Below, piece by piece: positions 26,902 through 36,185 of a stretch of 64,000 bases of DNA; within the stretch, counting starts at the first letter, position 1; each line of letters starts with the position of its first letter. The notes below the pieces were generated by a model. It had not been told where the DNA came from. It searched no databases and worked only from the letters and a program-made list of their open reading frames with translations. The stretch comes from Candidatus Nomurabacteria bacterium (GTDB lineage Bacteria; Patescibacteriota; Minisyncoccia; Phycocordibacterales; UBA9973): the NCBI GenBank assembly GCA_026395995.1, contig JAPLXQ010000010.1:146400-210399 (forward strand), given 5' to 3'. A program made the translations under genes and the position numbers.

Positions 26902-28212
26902 ATGAATTTTAAAATAGAAAAAAAGTTAGCAAATACTTTAGGCAGAGTTGGAATTTTATCAACTCCACACGGAGATATTTTAACTCCTGCTTTTGTGACT
27001 GTCGGTACGAAGGCGACCGTGAAATCTCTCACACCAGAAGCGGTGAGTGGTGCTGGTGCGCAAGTCGTCCTCGCGAATACTTACCATTTATTTTTACAAC
27101 CAGGGGATGAGGTTGTGGCAAAAGCTGGAGGCCTAGGCAAGTTTATGAATTGGAGTGGTCCTACGATGACAGACTCAGGAGGATTCCAAGTTTTTTCTCT
27201 CGGTGCTGCGTATGGAAAAGATATTTCAAAAGTAGTAAAAATTACTGATCCGTCGCTCATGATTCCTGAGCGTTTCGATGATAGTGATGCACCGCGCCTC
27301 GCGAAGATCGGCAATGATGGAGTGTCTTTCAAGTCGCATCTCGATGGTTCGATTCATTACATCACTCCAGAGAAATCAATCCAGATTCAGCACAACCTCG
27401 GTGCGGATATTATTTTTGCATTTGATGAATGCACTTCTCCGGCAGAGGAGATCAAATACCAAGAAGAAGCTCTCTCTCGCACTCATGCTTGGGCGAAGAG
27501 GAGTTTGGAAGAGCATATAAAATTGGAAGAGGCGAAGAATTTTCTTCCTCCCCTTCGCCAAGGGGAGGACCGAGGTGGGGTGTTGAATCAGCACCCCCTC
27601 CCAACCTCCCCCTTAGCAAAGGGGGAGGAGAAATTCCCCCAAGCCCTCTTCGGCATCGTCCAAGGCGGTCGCGAAGAAGATCTAAGAAAAAAATCCGCGC
27701 AAATTATTTCTGAAATGGAAGTGGACGGCAAGAAATTCGACGGCTTCGGTATTGGGGGAAGTTTTGCAAAAGAAGATATGGCGACAGCGGTAAAATGGTG
27801 CAATGAAATTTTGCCAGAAGAAAAACCTCGCCACCTCCTCGGCATCGGCGAGCCGGAAGATTTATTTATGGGTATTGAAAATGGTGTAGATCTTTTTGAC
27901 TGTGTCATCCCGACCCGCCTCGGCAGAAACGGCACTATCTATACAAAGACAGGGAAGATAAGTATTACAAATACAAAATTCCGTGAAGACTTTACACCAA
28001 TAGAAGCCGACTGTGAATGTTATACTTGTAAAAATTATACCAAAGCCTACATCGCACACCTTTTCCATGGCAAAGAAATGCTCGCGGGTACTTTGGCTTC
28101 TACTCACAACCTCCACTTCATCGTCTCCCTTGTCGCCAACATCCGCCAAAGTATTTTAGATGATAAATTTGAAGAATTTAAGGATGAATTTTTAAATATG
28201 TATAAAGCTTAA
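26902..28212 (+). CDS. tgt: queuine tRNA-ribosyltransferase, carrying an in-frame ~32-aa insertion encoded by a palindromic element
   Basis: TPAFVTVGTKATVK, LFGIVQGG, zinc site CxCxxC...H at the C-terminus. Insert LPPLRQGEDRGGVLNQHPLPTSPLAKGEEK. Confidence 0.9.
   Translation: MNFKIEKKLANTLGRVGILSTPHGDILTPAFVTVGTKATVKSLTPEAVSGAGAQVVLANTYHLFLQPGDEVVAKAGGLGKFMNWSGPTMTDSGGFQVFSLGAAYGKDISKVVKITDPSLMIPERFDDSDAPRLAKIGNDGVSFKSHLDGSIHYITPEKSIQIQHNLGADIIFAFDECTSPAEEIKYQEEALSRTHAWAKRSLEEHIKLEEAKNFLPPLRQGEDRGGVLNQHPLPTSPLAKGEEKFPQALFGIVQGGREEDLRKKSAQIISEMEVDGKKFDGFGIGGSFAKEDMATAVKWCNEILPEEKPRHLLGIGEPEDLFMGIENGVDLFDCVIPTRLGRNGTIYTKTGKISITNTKFREDFTPIEADCECYTCKNYTKAYIAHLFHGKEMLAGTLASTHNLHFIVSLVANIRQSILDDKFEEFKDEFLNMYKA
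27546..27630. repeat. GC-rich compound palindromic element, in-frame inside tgt
   Basis: cctcccc-ttcgccaa-ggggagg / ggggtgttgaatcagcacccc / ctccccc-ttagcaaa-gggggag; same architecture as the uvr copies. Confidence 0.7.
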
Positions 28213-28224
28213 TATAATAAATAT

Positions 28225-28839
28225 ATGGAAATTTTTTTAATTAAAGGTCTAATAATTGGTTTTTCTATAGCAGCTCCTGTCGGGCCTATTGGTATTTTGT
28301 GTATTCAGAGAACCATTAATTATGGAAGAAAATCAGGATTATTCACCGGTTTTGGTGCAGCAACAGCTGACGGTCTATATGGTGCTGTGGCTGCTTTTGG
28401 TTTGACAATTATTTCAAATTTTTTAGTCGGACAACAGTTTTGGTTTAGGTTAATCGGAGGTTTATTTCTGCTTTATTTAGGTATCAGAACTTTTGTGTCT
28501 AAACCAAAAGAAAAAACAAAGAAAGATAACCATAAAAGTTTATTTTCAGATTATTTTTCTACAATTTTTCTTACACTTACAAACCCAATGACAATTTTAT
28601 CTTTTGTTGCTATTTTTGCAGGGCTAGGACTCGGTAGCATAAAAGGAGATACATCATCAGCACTTTTTATGACAATAGGAGTATTTATTGGTTCAGCTAT
28701 TTGGTGGTTAATTTTGAGTGGAGGAGTTAGTCTTTTAAAAACAAAATTTAATACTTCTTCATTAAAAATTGTAAACAAAATTTCTGGAATAATTTTAGTG
28801 ACTTTTGCAATTTTATCTTTTTTAAGTATTTTTAAATAA
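28225..28839 (+). CDS. LysE/RhtB-family amino-acid exporter
   Basis: ~200 aa, 6 TM helices, N-terminal GxxxGFxxAxPxGP motif. Confidence 0.7.
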   Translation: MEIFLIKGLIIGFSIAAPVGPIGILCIQRTINYGRKSGLFTGFGAATADGLYGAVAAFGLTIISNFLVGQQFWFRLIGGLFLLYLGIRTFVSKPKEKTKKDNHKSLFSDYFSTIFLTLTNPMTILSFVAIFAGLGLGSIKGDTSSALFMTIGVFIGSAIWWLILSGGVSLLKTKFNTSSLKIVNKISGIILVTFAILSFLSIFK

Positions 28840-28960
28840 TTTTGTTACGAAAAAATCCTCACTTAACTCTTAAAATTATAGATGAGATATTACCAATGAT
28901 ATTTGACACTAAGTTAGTCTTGTGCTAATTTAAAGATAAATTACAGTTCATCGTATTTAT

Positions 28961-29111
28961 TCCGGATTAGCTCAGCTGGTTAGAGCGCCTGACTGGATAA
29001 GTTTTGTAGATTTAGTAAGTTAGTTCGAAATAATTTATTAAACTCTTTCTTGGTTTACCAAGGCAACCTTATTTTATCAGGAGGTCATGGGTTCAAGTCC
29101 TTTATCTGGAG
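28961..29111 (+). tRNA. tRNA gene interrupted by a ~77-84-nt AT-rich insertion in the anticodon loop. D-arm, variable loop and T-arm resemble tRNA-Ile
   Basis: Acceptor TCCGGAT/ATCTGGA, D-arm GCTCAGCTGGTTAGAGC, anticodon stem CCTGA...TCAGG separated by 84 nt, variable loop AGGTC, T-loop TTCAAGT. The isotype cannot be fixed by eye. Confidence 0.5.
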
Positions 29112-29133
29112 CGGAATATCAAATTTTATTAAG

Positions 29134-29168
29134 AGCACTAAACTTTTTATGTTTAGTGCTTCTTTTTT
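29134..29168 (+). terminator. rho-independent terminator after the tRNA
   Basis: agcactaaac-ttttta-tgtttagtgct then tctttttt. Confidence 0.5.
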
Positions 29169-29200
29169 GTCTTTTTGAGTTAGGACTAATATATAAATAA

Positions 29201-29231
29201 AAAAGCGTTTCAGAAATTTCTGAAACGCTTT
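29201..29231. terminator. perfect 13-bp-stem palindrome, bidirectional terminator
   Basis: aaaagcgtttcag-aaatt-tctgaaacgctttt; it terminates the minus-strand ORF that ends at 29252. Confidence 0.5.
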
Positions 29232-29251
29232 TACAACAAAAATTTGTTGTT

Positions 29252-29551
29252 TTAATTTTGTGGCACAGGCATTGGTACTGCTGAAGTAATAAAACGGTCA
29301 CTAACTTCTCCATTTTCGTGCGCACGACCAGTTTTTGCCTCAAAAGAATCTTTTAATGCTTGACCTAATCTTTTGTACAACTCTAGCTCTGTTTCGTTGT
29401 CGTCACTAGAGATTTCAATACAGTGAACCTCACAATGATTAAGTAGGCCTTCTTGCCCATACAGATCTACTTTTTCTGTAATTGAATTTTTGTAAAAGTC
29501 ATTTAGTTTCACTGTGTAATAGCCACATACTAAAAAATAGAATTTTTTCAT
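29252..29551 (-). CDS. hypothetical protein
   Basis: ORF track only. Confidence 0.3.
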   Translation of the reverse strand: MKKFYFLVCGYYTVKLNDFYKNSITEKVDLYGQEGLLNHCEVHCIEISSDDNETELELYKRLGQALKDSFEAKTGRAHENGEVSDRFITSAVPMPVPQN

Positions 29552-29676
29552 TTTTATTATTGATTTGTGAAAGAGCCATTTCTGGATTTCCGATTAATAC
29601 TGAATTTCTGAATTAGAATTATATTATATACCTTTTATTTAACTTTGTCAATTCTAATTAATTTTGCTATAGTGTA

Positions 29677-31884
29677 TTGGTGTTTAATAATAAATTCAAA
29701 ATCAAATCAGATTTCAAACCAGCAGGCGACCAGCCGAAGGCTATAAAGGCGCTTGTGGAAGGGTTGAAGAAGGGAATGAACAAGCAGACATTGCTCGGGG
29801 TTACGGGTAGTGGCAAGACTTTTACTGTGGCGAATGTGATCCAAAGTATACAGAAGCCGACGCTCATTATTGCGCACAATAAAACCCTCGCAGCTCAGCT
29901 CGCGCAGGAGTTCAAAGAATTCTTTCCGGAAAATGCGGTGCATTATTTCGTCTCCTATTACGACTACTACCAGCCGGAAGCTTACATGCCGACGACGGAT
30001 ACCTATATCGAAAAAGACGCGCAGATCAACAAAGAGATTGATCGTCTTCGTCATGCGTCTACGCAAGCTTTGCTCACGAGAAGTGATGTGATTATCGTAG
30101 CATCGGTGTCTTGTATTTACGGTCTCGGAAGTCCTGAAGAATACAAGGAGGAAAATTTGCATTTAGATGTCGGGATGAAAATGGATAGAAAAGAACTCGT
30201 GGAGAAATTGGTGAAAGTGCATTTCGAGAGGACGAATGCGGATTTGGAGCCGGGGAATTTCCGCGCGATAGGGAACATCATCGAAGTCATGCCGATATCA
30301 GAAACTTTTGTATATCGAATTGAGATTGGAACCCCCTCTCTAAAATCTTCAAATTTTGGAGAGGGGGCGGGGGGTGAGGGGAATTGTATTTCTAGTATCA
30401 CAAAAATAGATCCAGTGTCTTCTAAAATTCTTGCCGAAGAGCAAATGATTTTTATTTTTCCAGCGAAGCATTTCATTACGACGACAAAAGGCAGAGACAG
30501 TGCAATAAAATCTATTAAAAAAGAACTCGCAGATCAGCTCAAGAAATTCGACAAAGAAGGCAAGCTCCTCGAAGCGGAAAGATTAAAGAGGCGCACGACA
30601 TATGACCTCGCGATGATTCGCGAAGTCGGGTATTGTTCTGGAATTGAAAATTATTCTCGCCATTTGTCTGGTAAGGCTGTCGGTGAAGCACCGGAAACAT
30701 TGCTTTCATATTTCCCAAAGGATGCAAAAGGTAATCCTGATTTTTTGACTATCATCGACGAATCCCATGTCTCTATTCCGCAAATCGGGGGAATGTTTGC
30801 AGGGGATCAATCTAGAAAAAATACACTTGTCGAGCACGGTTTTCGTTTACCGAGTGCAAAAGATAACAGGCCATTAAAATTTCCAGAATTTTTAGAACGC
30901 GTCGGACAAATGATTTACACTTCTGCGACCCCGGCAGATTATGAACGAAAAGAAAGTAATCAGATAGTCGAGCAGGTTATCCGTCCGACAGGTTTGCTTG
31001 ATCCTGAAGTAGAAATAAGGCCAATTTTAGCTTCGAGTTCCTTTCCCCCTTCGCTAAGGGGGAAAATGAAAGGGGGTGTTGAATCAGAGCACCCCACCCC
31101 AACCCTCCCCTTGGCGAAGGGGAGGGAGAAATCTTACCCCGGTCAAATTCAAGATTTCATTTCCGAGGCAAAAAAGGAAATCAAAAATGGTCGCCGAGCG
31201 ATTGCGACGACACTTACGAAGAAAATGGCAGAAGATTTATCTGAATATTTAAAGAAAGAGGGAATCAAGGCAGAATATTTACATAGTGATATAAAAACGA
31301 TTGAGAGAATAAAAATTCTGACAGAATTTCGTCGGGGTGCTTTTGATATTATTGTCGGGGTGAACTTACTTCGTGAAGGTTTGGATTTACCAGAAGTTGG
31401 TTTGATAGGAATACTCGATGCCGACAAAGAAGGATTTTTGCGAAGTGAGACGGCACTTATTCAAACTATTGGCCGTGCGGCGAGAAATTCTGCTGGACGA
31501 GTTATTTTATATGCGGACAATATGACAGGTTCGATGGAGCGAGCATTACGAGAGACAAATCGTCGTCGTGCATTACAAATTGCTTATAATAAAAAAAATG
31601 GCATTACTCCTAAAACTATTTTGAAAGCTATCAAAGATATCACACAGGGGATGGATACACTCCATGACAAAGCTGTGCGTTCCGAGCTCGAACTCGATAC
31701 GAAACTTTTTGCAAAGAATCCAAATAAATTAATTAAAATAAAAGAACAAGCAATGAATGAAGCAGTAAAAATGCTCGACTTTGAGACTGCAGCAATCCTT
31801 CGCGATGAGATTAAAATCTTGAAATCTCGACCAGTGCCGGTAGTAGAACCTAAAGGTATTCCTAGGGTAAAGAAGACAAAGTAG
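29677..31884 (+). CDS. uvrB: excinuclease ABC subunit B, with two in-frame palindromic-element insertions
   Basis: GVTGSGKTFT Walker A, DESHVSIPQ, helicase motifs, C-terminal UVR domain (AAILRDEIKILK). Inserts TPSLKSSNFGEGAGGEGNC and SSSFPPSLRGKMKGGVESEHPTPTLPLAKGREKSYP. Confidence 0.92.
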   Translation: MVFNNKFKIKSDFKPAGDQPKAIKALVEGLKKGMNKQTLLGVTGSGKTFTVANVIQSIQKPTLIIAHNKTLAAQLAQEFKEFFPENAVHYFVSYYDYYQPEAYMPTTDTYIEKDAQINKEIDRLRHASTQALLTRSDVIIVASVSCIYGLGSPEEYKEENLHLDVGMKMDRKELVEKLVKVHFERTNADLEPGNFRAIGNIIEVMPISETFVYRIEIGTPSLKSSNFGEGAGGEGNCISSITKIDPVSSKILAEEQMIFIFPAKHFITTTKGRDSAIKSIKKELADQLKKFDKEGKLLEAERLKRRTTYDLAMIREVGYCSGIENYSRHLSGKAVGEAPETLLSYFPKDAKGNPDFLTIIDESHVSIPQIGGMFAGDQSRKNTLVEHGFRLPSAKDNRPLKFPEFLERVGQMIYTSATPADYERKESNQIVEQVIRPTGLLDPEVEIRPILASSSFPPSLRGKMKGGVESEHPTPTLPLAKGREKSYPGQIQDFISEAKKEIKNGRRAIATTLTKKMAEDLSEYLKKEGIKAEYLHSDIKTIERIKILTEFRRGAFDIIVGVNLLREGLDLPEVGLIGILDADKEGFLRSETALIQTIGRAARNSAGRVILYADNMTGSMERALRETNRRRALQIAYNKKNGITPKTILKAIKDITQGMDTLHDKAVRSELELDTKLFAKNPNKLIKIKEQAMNEAVKMLDFETAAILRDEIKILKSRPVPVVEPKGIPRVKKTK
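30331..30381. repeat. GC-rich palindromic element (variant family) in-frame in uvrB
   Basis: ccccctctc-taaaatcttcaaattttg-gagaggggg followed by cggggggtgagggg. Confidence 0.55.
31039..31127. repeat. GC-rich compound palindromic element in-frame in uvrB
   Basis: tccccc-ttcgctaa-ggggga / gggggtgttgaatcagagcacccc / ctcccc-ttggcgaa-ggggag; near-identical to the 33506 and 37543 copies. Confidence 0.75.
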
Positions 31885-31963
31885 TTTCCTTGACTTTTTA
31901 TCTTATACATGCTATTCTTTAATTAGAAATTAATGTACAAATAAACTTAAATTAAAACAAAAT

Positions 31964-32257
31964 ATGAGTGCAGACAATAAAAGTAACATCTTGCAGACAA
32001 AATCTAAAGATGGTGGCTCTGAATTTAGAGTTGAGTGTATCCAAAATTCAGAAAGAATTACAGATAATCCGGATACCAAAGATGGTTTTAACAACGAAGC
32101 CGTTCTTAAAATTTTTGGTGAATCAAAAGTTTTCACTAAAGAATCTGACGCTTGGCGTGAAGCATTCAAAATTGAAGACGAAATGGGTGGTTCGGAGTAT
32201 GGAGCAGTGAGACTTGATTTCTCGCATCTTCCGTTTCCGGAAAAGGTTCTTGTCTAA
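31964..32257 (+). CDS. hypothetical protein
   Basis: ORF track; followed by a terminator. Confidence 0.3.
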   Translation: MSADNKSNILQTKSKDGGSEFRVECIQNSERITDNPDTKDGFNNEAVLKIFGESKVFTKESDAWREAFKIEDEMGGSEYGAVRLDFSHLPFPEKVLV

Positions 32258-32280
32258 AAGTATTGCTGTAAAAAGCAAAA

Positions 32281-32307
32281 GTCCTGTAGTAATACAGGAC
32301 TTTTTTA
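32281..32307 (+). terminator. rho-independent terminator
   Basis: gtcctgta-gtaa-tacaggac then ttttttat. Confidence 0.55.
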
Positions 32308-32390
32308 TTTACTAATATGTGCTATAGTATTCTCACAAATTAATATATAAACCCCAAGGGCAAACCAAGGGGTGTTTCGGAGTTTTGGGT

Positions 32391-32478
32391 TCCTCCTCCC
32401 ATTAGCTAAGGGGAGGAATGAGGTGGGTGTTGAATTTTGCACCCCCTCCCAACCTCCCCCTTGGCGAAGGGGGAGGAG
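32391..32478. repeat. GC-rich compound palindromic element in the uvrA 5' leader, ending 10 nt before the ATG
   Basis: tcctcctccc-attagctaa-ggggaggaa / gtgggtgttgaattttgcacccc / ctccccc-ttggcgaa-gggggag. Confidence 0.7.
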
Positions 32479-32488
32479 AATAAATACA

Positions 32489-35191
32489 ATGAAAAACAAT
32501 AAAGAAGAAAAAATAATAGTGCGTGGAGCTAGGACTCACAATTTGAAAAATATTACTGTGGAAATGCCACGTAATAAGATGATTTGTATTACCGGTATGT
32601 CTGGATCAGGAAAATCATCTCTCGCTTTTGATACTATTTTCGCCGAAGGGCAACGACGATATGTGGAATCTCTTTCTTCATATGCGCGACAATTTCTAAA
32701 ACAAATGGCAAAGCCCGATGTGGATGAAATCGAAGGTTTGAGTCCTGCTATTTCTATTGATCAAAAATCTCGCTCAAATAATCCACGTTCTACTGTCGCG
32801 ACTATTACGGAAGTGTATGATTACCTCCGTGTTTTATATTCTCGTATTGGTAAACCTCACTGTCTCGAATGTGGCACAGAAATAAAAAAACTTTCGAATG
32901 AAGAAATTATGAATTTCGTTAAAGAAAAAGCGGAAAGTTTTTTAGCAAGTGGCAAGAAAAAAGAAGTTATGGGTGTGAATTGGACAGAAGTAAATATTAA
33001 AATTTTTGCTCCTGTCGTGCGTGGAAGAAAAGGGGAATATTATCAATTACTCTATGACTTACTCGGTAAAGGTTATGCGAAAGTTCGCATTAATGGAGAA
33101 ATAAAAAATCTTCGCGATAGAATCGATCTCGCAAAAACAAAGAAGCATGACATTGATGTTTTAGTAGATGAAATAACTTTTCACAAAGTAAAAGACAAAA
33201 GTGAAGATGAAAATATGCGTTTGTTTGAAGCGGTTGAAAGAGCGTTACTTGAAAGTGATGGACTCGTAAGTATCACATACAACGATGTCGAATCAGTTTT
33301 TTATTCTGCGAAATTTTCTTGTCCAAATGATGGCTTTTCTTTCCCAGAGGTAGAACCTCGTCTTTTCTCTTGGAACAGTCCGTATGGAGCTTGTGAGACG
33401 TGTCACGGCCTCGGAACCAAGCATATGTTTGGTGATGACCCTTGTGATGCTTGTAAAGGTTTACGACTTCGCCCTGAAGCTTTACATGTTTATATTGAAG
33501 CGGATTCCTTTCCCCCTTCGCTAAGGGGGAAAATGAAAGGGGGTGTTGAATCAGAGCACCCCACCCCAACCCTCCCCTTAGCGAAGGAGAGGGGGAACTC
33601 AAAGACTTGTCGTATGAACATTATCGAAGCAATCTCACTTTCTGCCGAAGATGCTTTTGAATTTTTCGGTTCATTAAAACTTTCTAAAAAAGAAGAAGAA
33701 ATTTCTGGTGTCTTGATGAAAGAAATTTTGTCGCGTATTGAATTTTTGCTCAATGTCGGTCTCGAATATATTTCTCTCGATCGTCGTGCAAATACACTTT
33801 CAGGTGGAGAAGCACAACGCATCCGCCTCGCTTCACAGCTCGGCTCACGACTCGTGGGAACTTTGTATGTACTCGATGAGCCGACGATTGGTCTACATCA
33901 ACGCGACAATGAAAGACTTATAAAAACTCTCGAAGATTTGCGTGACCTTGGTAATACTATCATCGTTGTTGAACACGACGAAGACACTATTTATGCTTCC
34001 GATTATATTATTGACATCGGTCCAAAAGCCGGTGTGCATGGGGGCAATGTCATTGTCGCAGATGATTTAGAAAAACTTTTATCTGCACCAAAAAATACTT
34101 CAAAGTCTCGCACTCTCGGATACCTCCGTGGAGAAATAAAAATAGAAATTCCAGAGAAGAGACGAACTTCAGAAAAGGGTAGTATAAAAATAGTTGGTGG
34201 AAAAGTTTTTAATATAAAAAATTTGAATGCAGAAATTCCACTCGGCAAACTCGTATCTATCACTGGCGTTTCTGGTTCTGGTAAAAGTTCTTTTATGTAT
34301 GAAATTTTGCATAAAAATTTACAAGGCCGACTCGAGAGAAAATACCGCACGAATGAAGTCTACAACTGCGCGTCATTTTCAGGATCTGAATATATTAGTC
34401 GTGTTGTGCTAATTGACCAATCAGCTATCGGACGCACACCACGCTCGAATTTGGCGACTTATACAGGTGCTTTTACCTATATCCGAGAACTCTTTGCCGA
34501 GACCGAAGAAGCTCGTTTTCGTGGATGGAAATCAAATAGATTTTCTTTTAATGTATCTTCAAAGACTGGTGGGGGACGATGTGAAGCATGTGAAGGTAAT
34601 GGTGAAATAGCTGTTGAAATGCATTTCTTGCCGACTGTGTACGTGACTTGTGATGTGTGTATGGGCAAGCGTTTTGATAAAGAAACTCTAAAAGTAAAAT
34701 ATAAAGGAAAAAATATTTATGAAGTTTTGAAAATGACTGTCGAAGAAGCTTTTACATTTTTCGAAGATATTCCAAATGTGTTTGACCGTGTGAAAACTTT
34801 AATGGATGTCGGCCTCGGCTATGTCGAGCTCGGTCAAAGTGCGACGACGCTCTCGGGCGGAGAAGCACAGCGCGTAAAAATCTCGAGCGAACTCTTTCGT
34901 CCGTATCTAGAAAAAACAATCTACCTACTCGACGAGCCGACTGTTGGGCTTCATTATGATGATGTGCAAAATTTAATTAATGTATTAAATCGCCTCGTAG
35001 ACAAAGGCAACACCGTCGTCGTCATTGAACACAATATGGATCTTATAAAATCTGCGGATTATCTCCTCGACTTTGGTCCTGAAGGTGGTGCAAATGGGGG
35101 AACATTGATTGCAAAAGGAACTCCAGAAGAAGTTGCTAACACTCCGAAAAGTTATACTGGGAAATATCTTAAAAAAGTTTTGAGGAAATAA
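32489..35191 (+). CDS. uvrA: excinuclease ABC subunit A, with an in-frame palindromic-element insertion
   Basis: Start set at ATG 32489 (MKNNKEEKIIVRGARTHNLKN, canonical UvrA N-terminus). Two ABC modules (GMSGSGKSSL, GVSGSGKSS; LSGGEAQR x2), zinc fingers. The longer ORF from 32372 reads through the upstream repeat and is rejected. Insert FPPSLRGKMKGGVESEHPTPTLPLAKERGNS. Confidence 0.9.
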   Translation: MKNNKEEKIIVRGARTHNLKNITVEMPRNKMICITGMSGSGKSSLAFDTIFAEGQRRYVESLSSYARQFLKQMAKPDVDEIEGLSPAISIDQKSRSNNPRSTVATITEVYDYLRVLYSRIGKPHCLECGTEIKKLSNEEIMNFVKEKAESFLASGKKKEVMGVNWTEVNIKIFAPVVRGRKGEYYQLLYDLLGKGYAKVRINGEIKNLRDRIDLAKTKKHDIDVLVDEITFHKVKDKSEDENMRLFEAVERALLESDGLVSITYNDVESVFYSAKFSCPNDGFSFPEVEPRLFSWNSPYGACETCHGLGTKHMFGDDPCDACKGLRLRPEALHVYIEADSFPPSLRGKMKGGVESEHPTPTLPLAKERGNSKTCRMNIIEAISLSAEDAFEFFGSLKLSKKEEEISGVLMKEILSRIEFLLNVGLEYISLDRRANTLSGGEAQRIRLASQLGSRLVGTLYVLDEPTIGLHQRDNERLIKTLEDLRDLGNTIIVVEHDEDTIYASDYIIDIGPKAGVHGGNVIVADDLEKLLSAPKNTSKSRTLGYLRGEIKIEIPEKRRTSEKGSIKIVGGKVFNIKNLNAEIPLGKLVSITGVSGSGKSSFMYEILHKNLQGRLERKYRTNEVYNCASFSGSEYISRVVLIDQSAIGRTPRSNLATYTGAFTYIRELFAETEEARFRGWKSNRFSFNVSSKTGGGRCEACEGNGEIAVEMHFLPTVYVTCDVCMGKRFDKETLKVKYKGKNIYEVLKMTVEEAFTFFEDIPNVFDRVKTLMDVGLGYVELGQSATTLSGGEAQRVKISSELFRPYLEKTIYLLDEPTVGLHYDDVQNLINVLNRLVDKGNTVVVIEHNMDLIKSADYLLDFGPEGGANGGTLIAKGTPEEVANTPKSYTGKYLKKVLRK
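33506..33596. repeat. GC-rich compound palindromic element in-frame in uvrA
   Basis: Same three-hairpin sequence as 31039 and 37543. Confidence 0.75.
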
Positions 35192-35222
35192 AAAAGGAAA
35201 CAACATTGTTGTTTCCTTAATC
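35190..35222. terminator. bidirectional hairpin terminator between uvrA and a small minus-strand ORF
   Basis: ggaaacaacattgttgtttcc flanked by A-run and T-run. Confidence 0.45.
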
Positions 35223-35401
35223 TAAAATCTTGGTTTCCCAAATTCTTTCATTACCCAAGTAAGATGACTTGCTTCTTTATTGCACTTAATTTTACTGCCA
35301 GTAAAGACAGTTTTACCATCTGACCTTTTTACTTCGTGTTTGATAATTTTCTTACCAGAACGACTAAAAATTGGTTTTACTTCATAAGTTATATCTCCCA
35401 T
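35222..35401 (-). CDS. small basic hypothetical protein (59 aa), not in the ORF track
   Basis: My translation of the minus strand: MGDITYEVKPIFSRSGKKIIKHEVKRSDGKTVFTGSKIKCNKEASHLTWVMKEFGKPRF; sits between two terminator hairpins. Confidence 0.3.
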   Translation of the reverse strand: MGDITYEVKPIFSRSGKKIIKHEVKRSDGKTVFTGSKIKCNKEASHLTWVMKEFGKPRF

Positions 35402-35538
35402 TTTTTATTGTTATTAAATTAATACTATTATTTATTTCACTCAATATGATACTATCAAATCTATGCAAAGTCAAGAATTAAAAAAACTCAATATCCCAGA
35501 AAAGCCAGAGGTGTATTTATATAAAATAATAAGCCAGT

Positions 35539-36084
35539 TTGGTGATAGCATACATGGCTTTTGTTTGTTATAATAAAAACATGAAAAAAGAAATTAAAAA
35601 TGGAATTCGTGGCCAGATCTTTGAGCAACTTTCAAAATCACAATTTAAATATAAAGGTGTACCTGTAAATTTCTTTGGTTTACCAACTTTTTGTTCTTCA
35701 AAACCTCGCACACTTGTCTCTAATGAACTTTCAAGAATGAAAAGATTGGGTTTAATTGAGAAGAACGGGGAATTTTTACAAATTACAAATAAAGGCAAGG
35801 ATTACATAAAACGTCGCCAAGAAAGACTTTCTGTTTTTTATTTTACTTTTCAAAAATCTGCACCTAAAAATCTAATAGTCATGTTTGATATTCCAGAAGG
35901 TAAAAAAGCAGAAAGGGAATGGTTTAGATTTCATTTAAGAAGGTTTGACTATATTATGGTTCAAAGGTCGGTATGGGTCGGTCCATCACCTTTACCAAAA
36001 GATTTTCTAAAATATATAGAAGAAATTAATTTAAAGGATTGTATAAAAACTTTTAAACTAGCGAAAGGATATAAACCTCAATAG
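35539..36084 (+). CDS. PaaX-like regulator: winged-helix N-terminus plus Cas2-like (PaaX_C-like) C-terminal domain
   Basis: wHTH-like LSRMKRLGLIEKNGEFLQIT. C-terminus NLIVMFDIPEGKKAEREWFRFHLRRFDYIMVQRSVWVG has the Cas2/PaaX_C pattern. The true start may be the internal Met at 35581. Confidence 0.45.
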   Translation: MVIAYMAFVCYNKNMKKEIKNGIRGQIFEQLSKSQFKYKGVPVNFFGLPTFCSSKPRTLVSNELSRMKRLGLIEKNGEFLQITNKGKDYIKRRQERLSVFYFTFQKSAPKNLIVMFDIPEGKKAEREWFRFHLRRFDYIMVQRSVWVGPSPLPKDFLKYIEEINLKDCIKTFKLAKGYKPQ

Positions 36085-36185
36085 AAAATATACAAGCTTA
36101 CTTTGCTATCGCTATGTTAGCTTATTAGATTAAAATAGTTATTTTTCTAAAAGTTATACTAGAAAATATTTGAAAAAGGTTTTAA

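Noticed and set aside
27278-27935. Cluster of overlapping GC-rich ORFs on both strands inside tgt (e.g. 27429-27713 plus, 27588-27935 minus); similar ones inside uvrA (33273-33822) and uvrC (37509-37961)
   Set aside because: They are artefacts of the GC-rich palindromic element reading open in several frames; the host genes tgt/uvrA/uvrC are intact across them.
28961-29111. Group I intron in the tRNA
   Set aside because: The intervening sequence is only ~80 nt with no P-Q-R-S elements; too short for group I or II.
32372-32488. Upstream extension of uvrA from ATG 32372 (MFRSFGFLLPLAKGRNEVG...)
   Set aside because: This segment is the palindromic element read in-frame. The canonical UvrA N-terminus begins at the ATG at 32489.
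35539-36084. Cas2 adaptation nuclease
   Set aside because: It is fused to an N-terminal winged-helix domain and has no cas1 or CRISPR array nearby; it fits PaaX-type regulators better.
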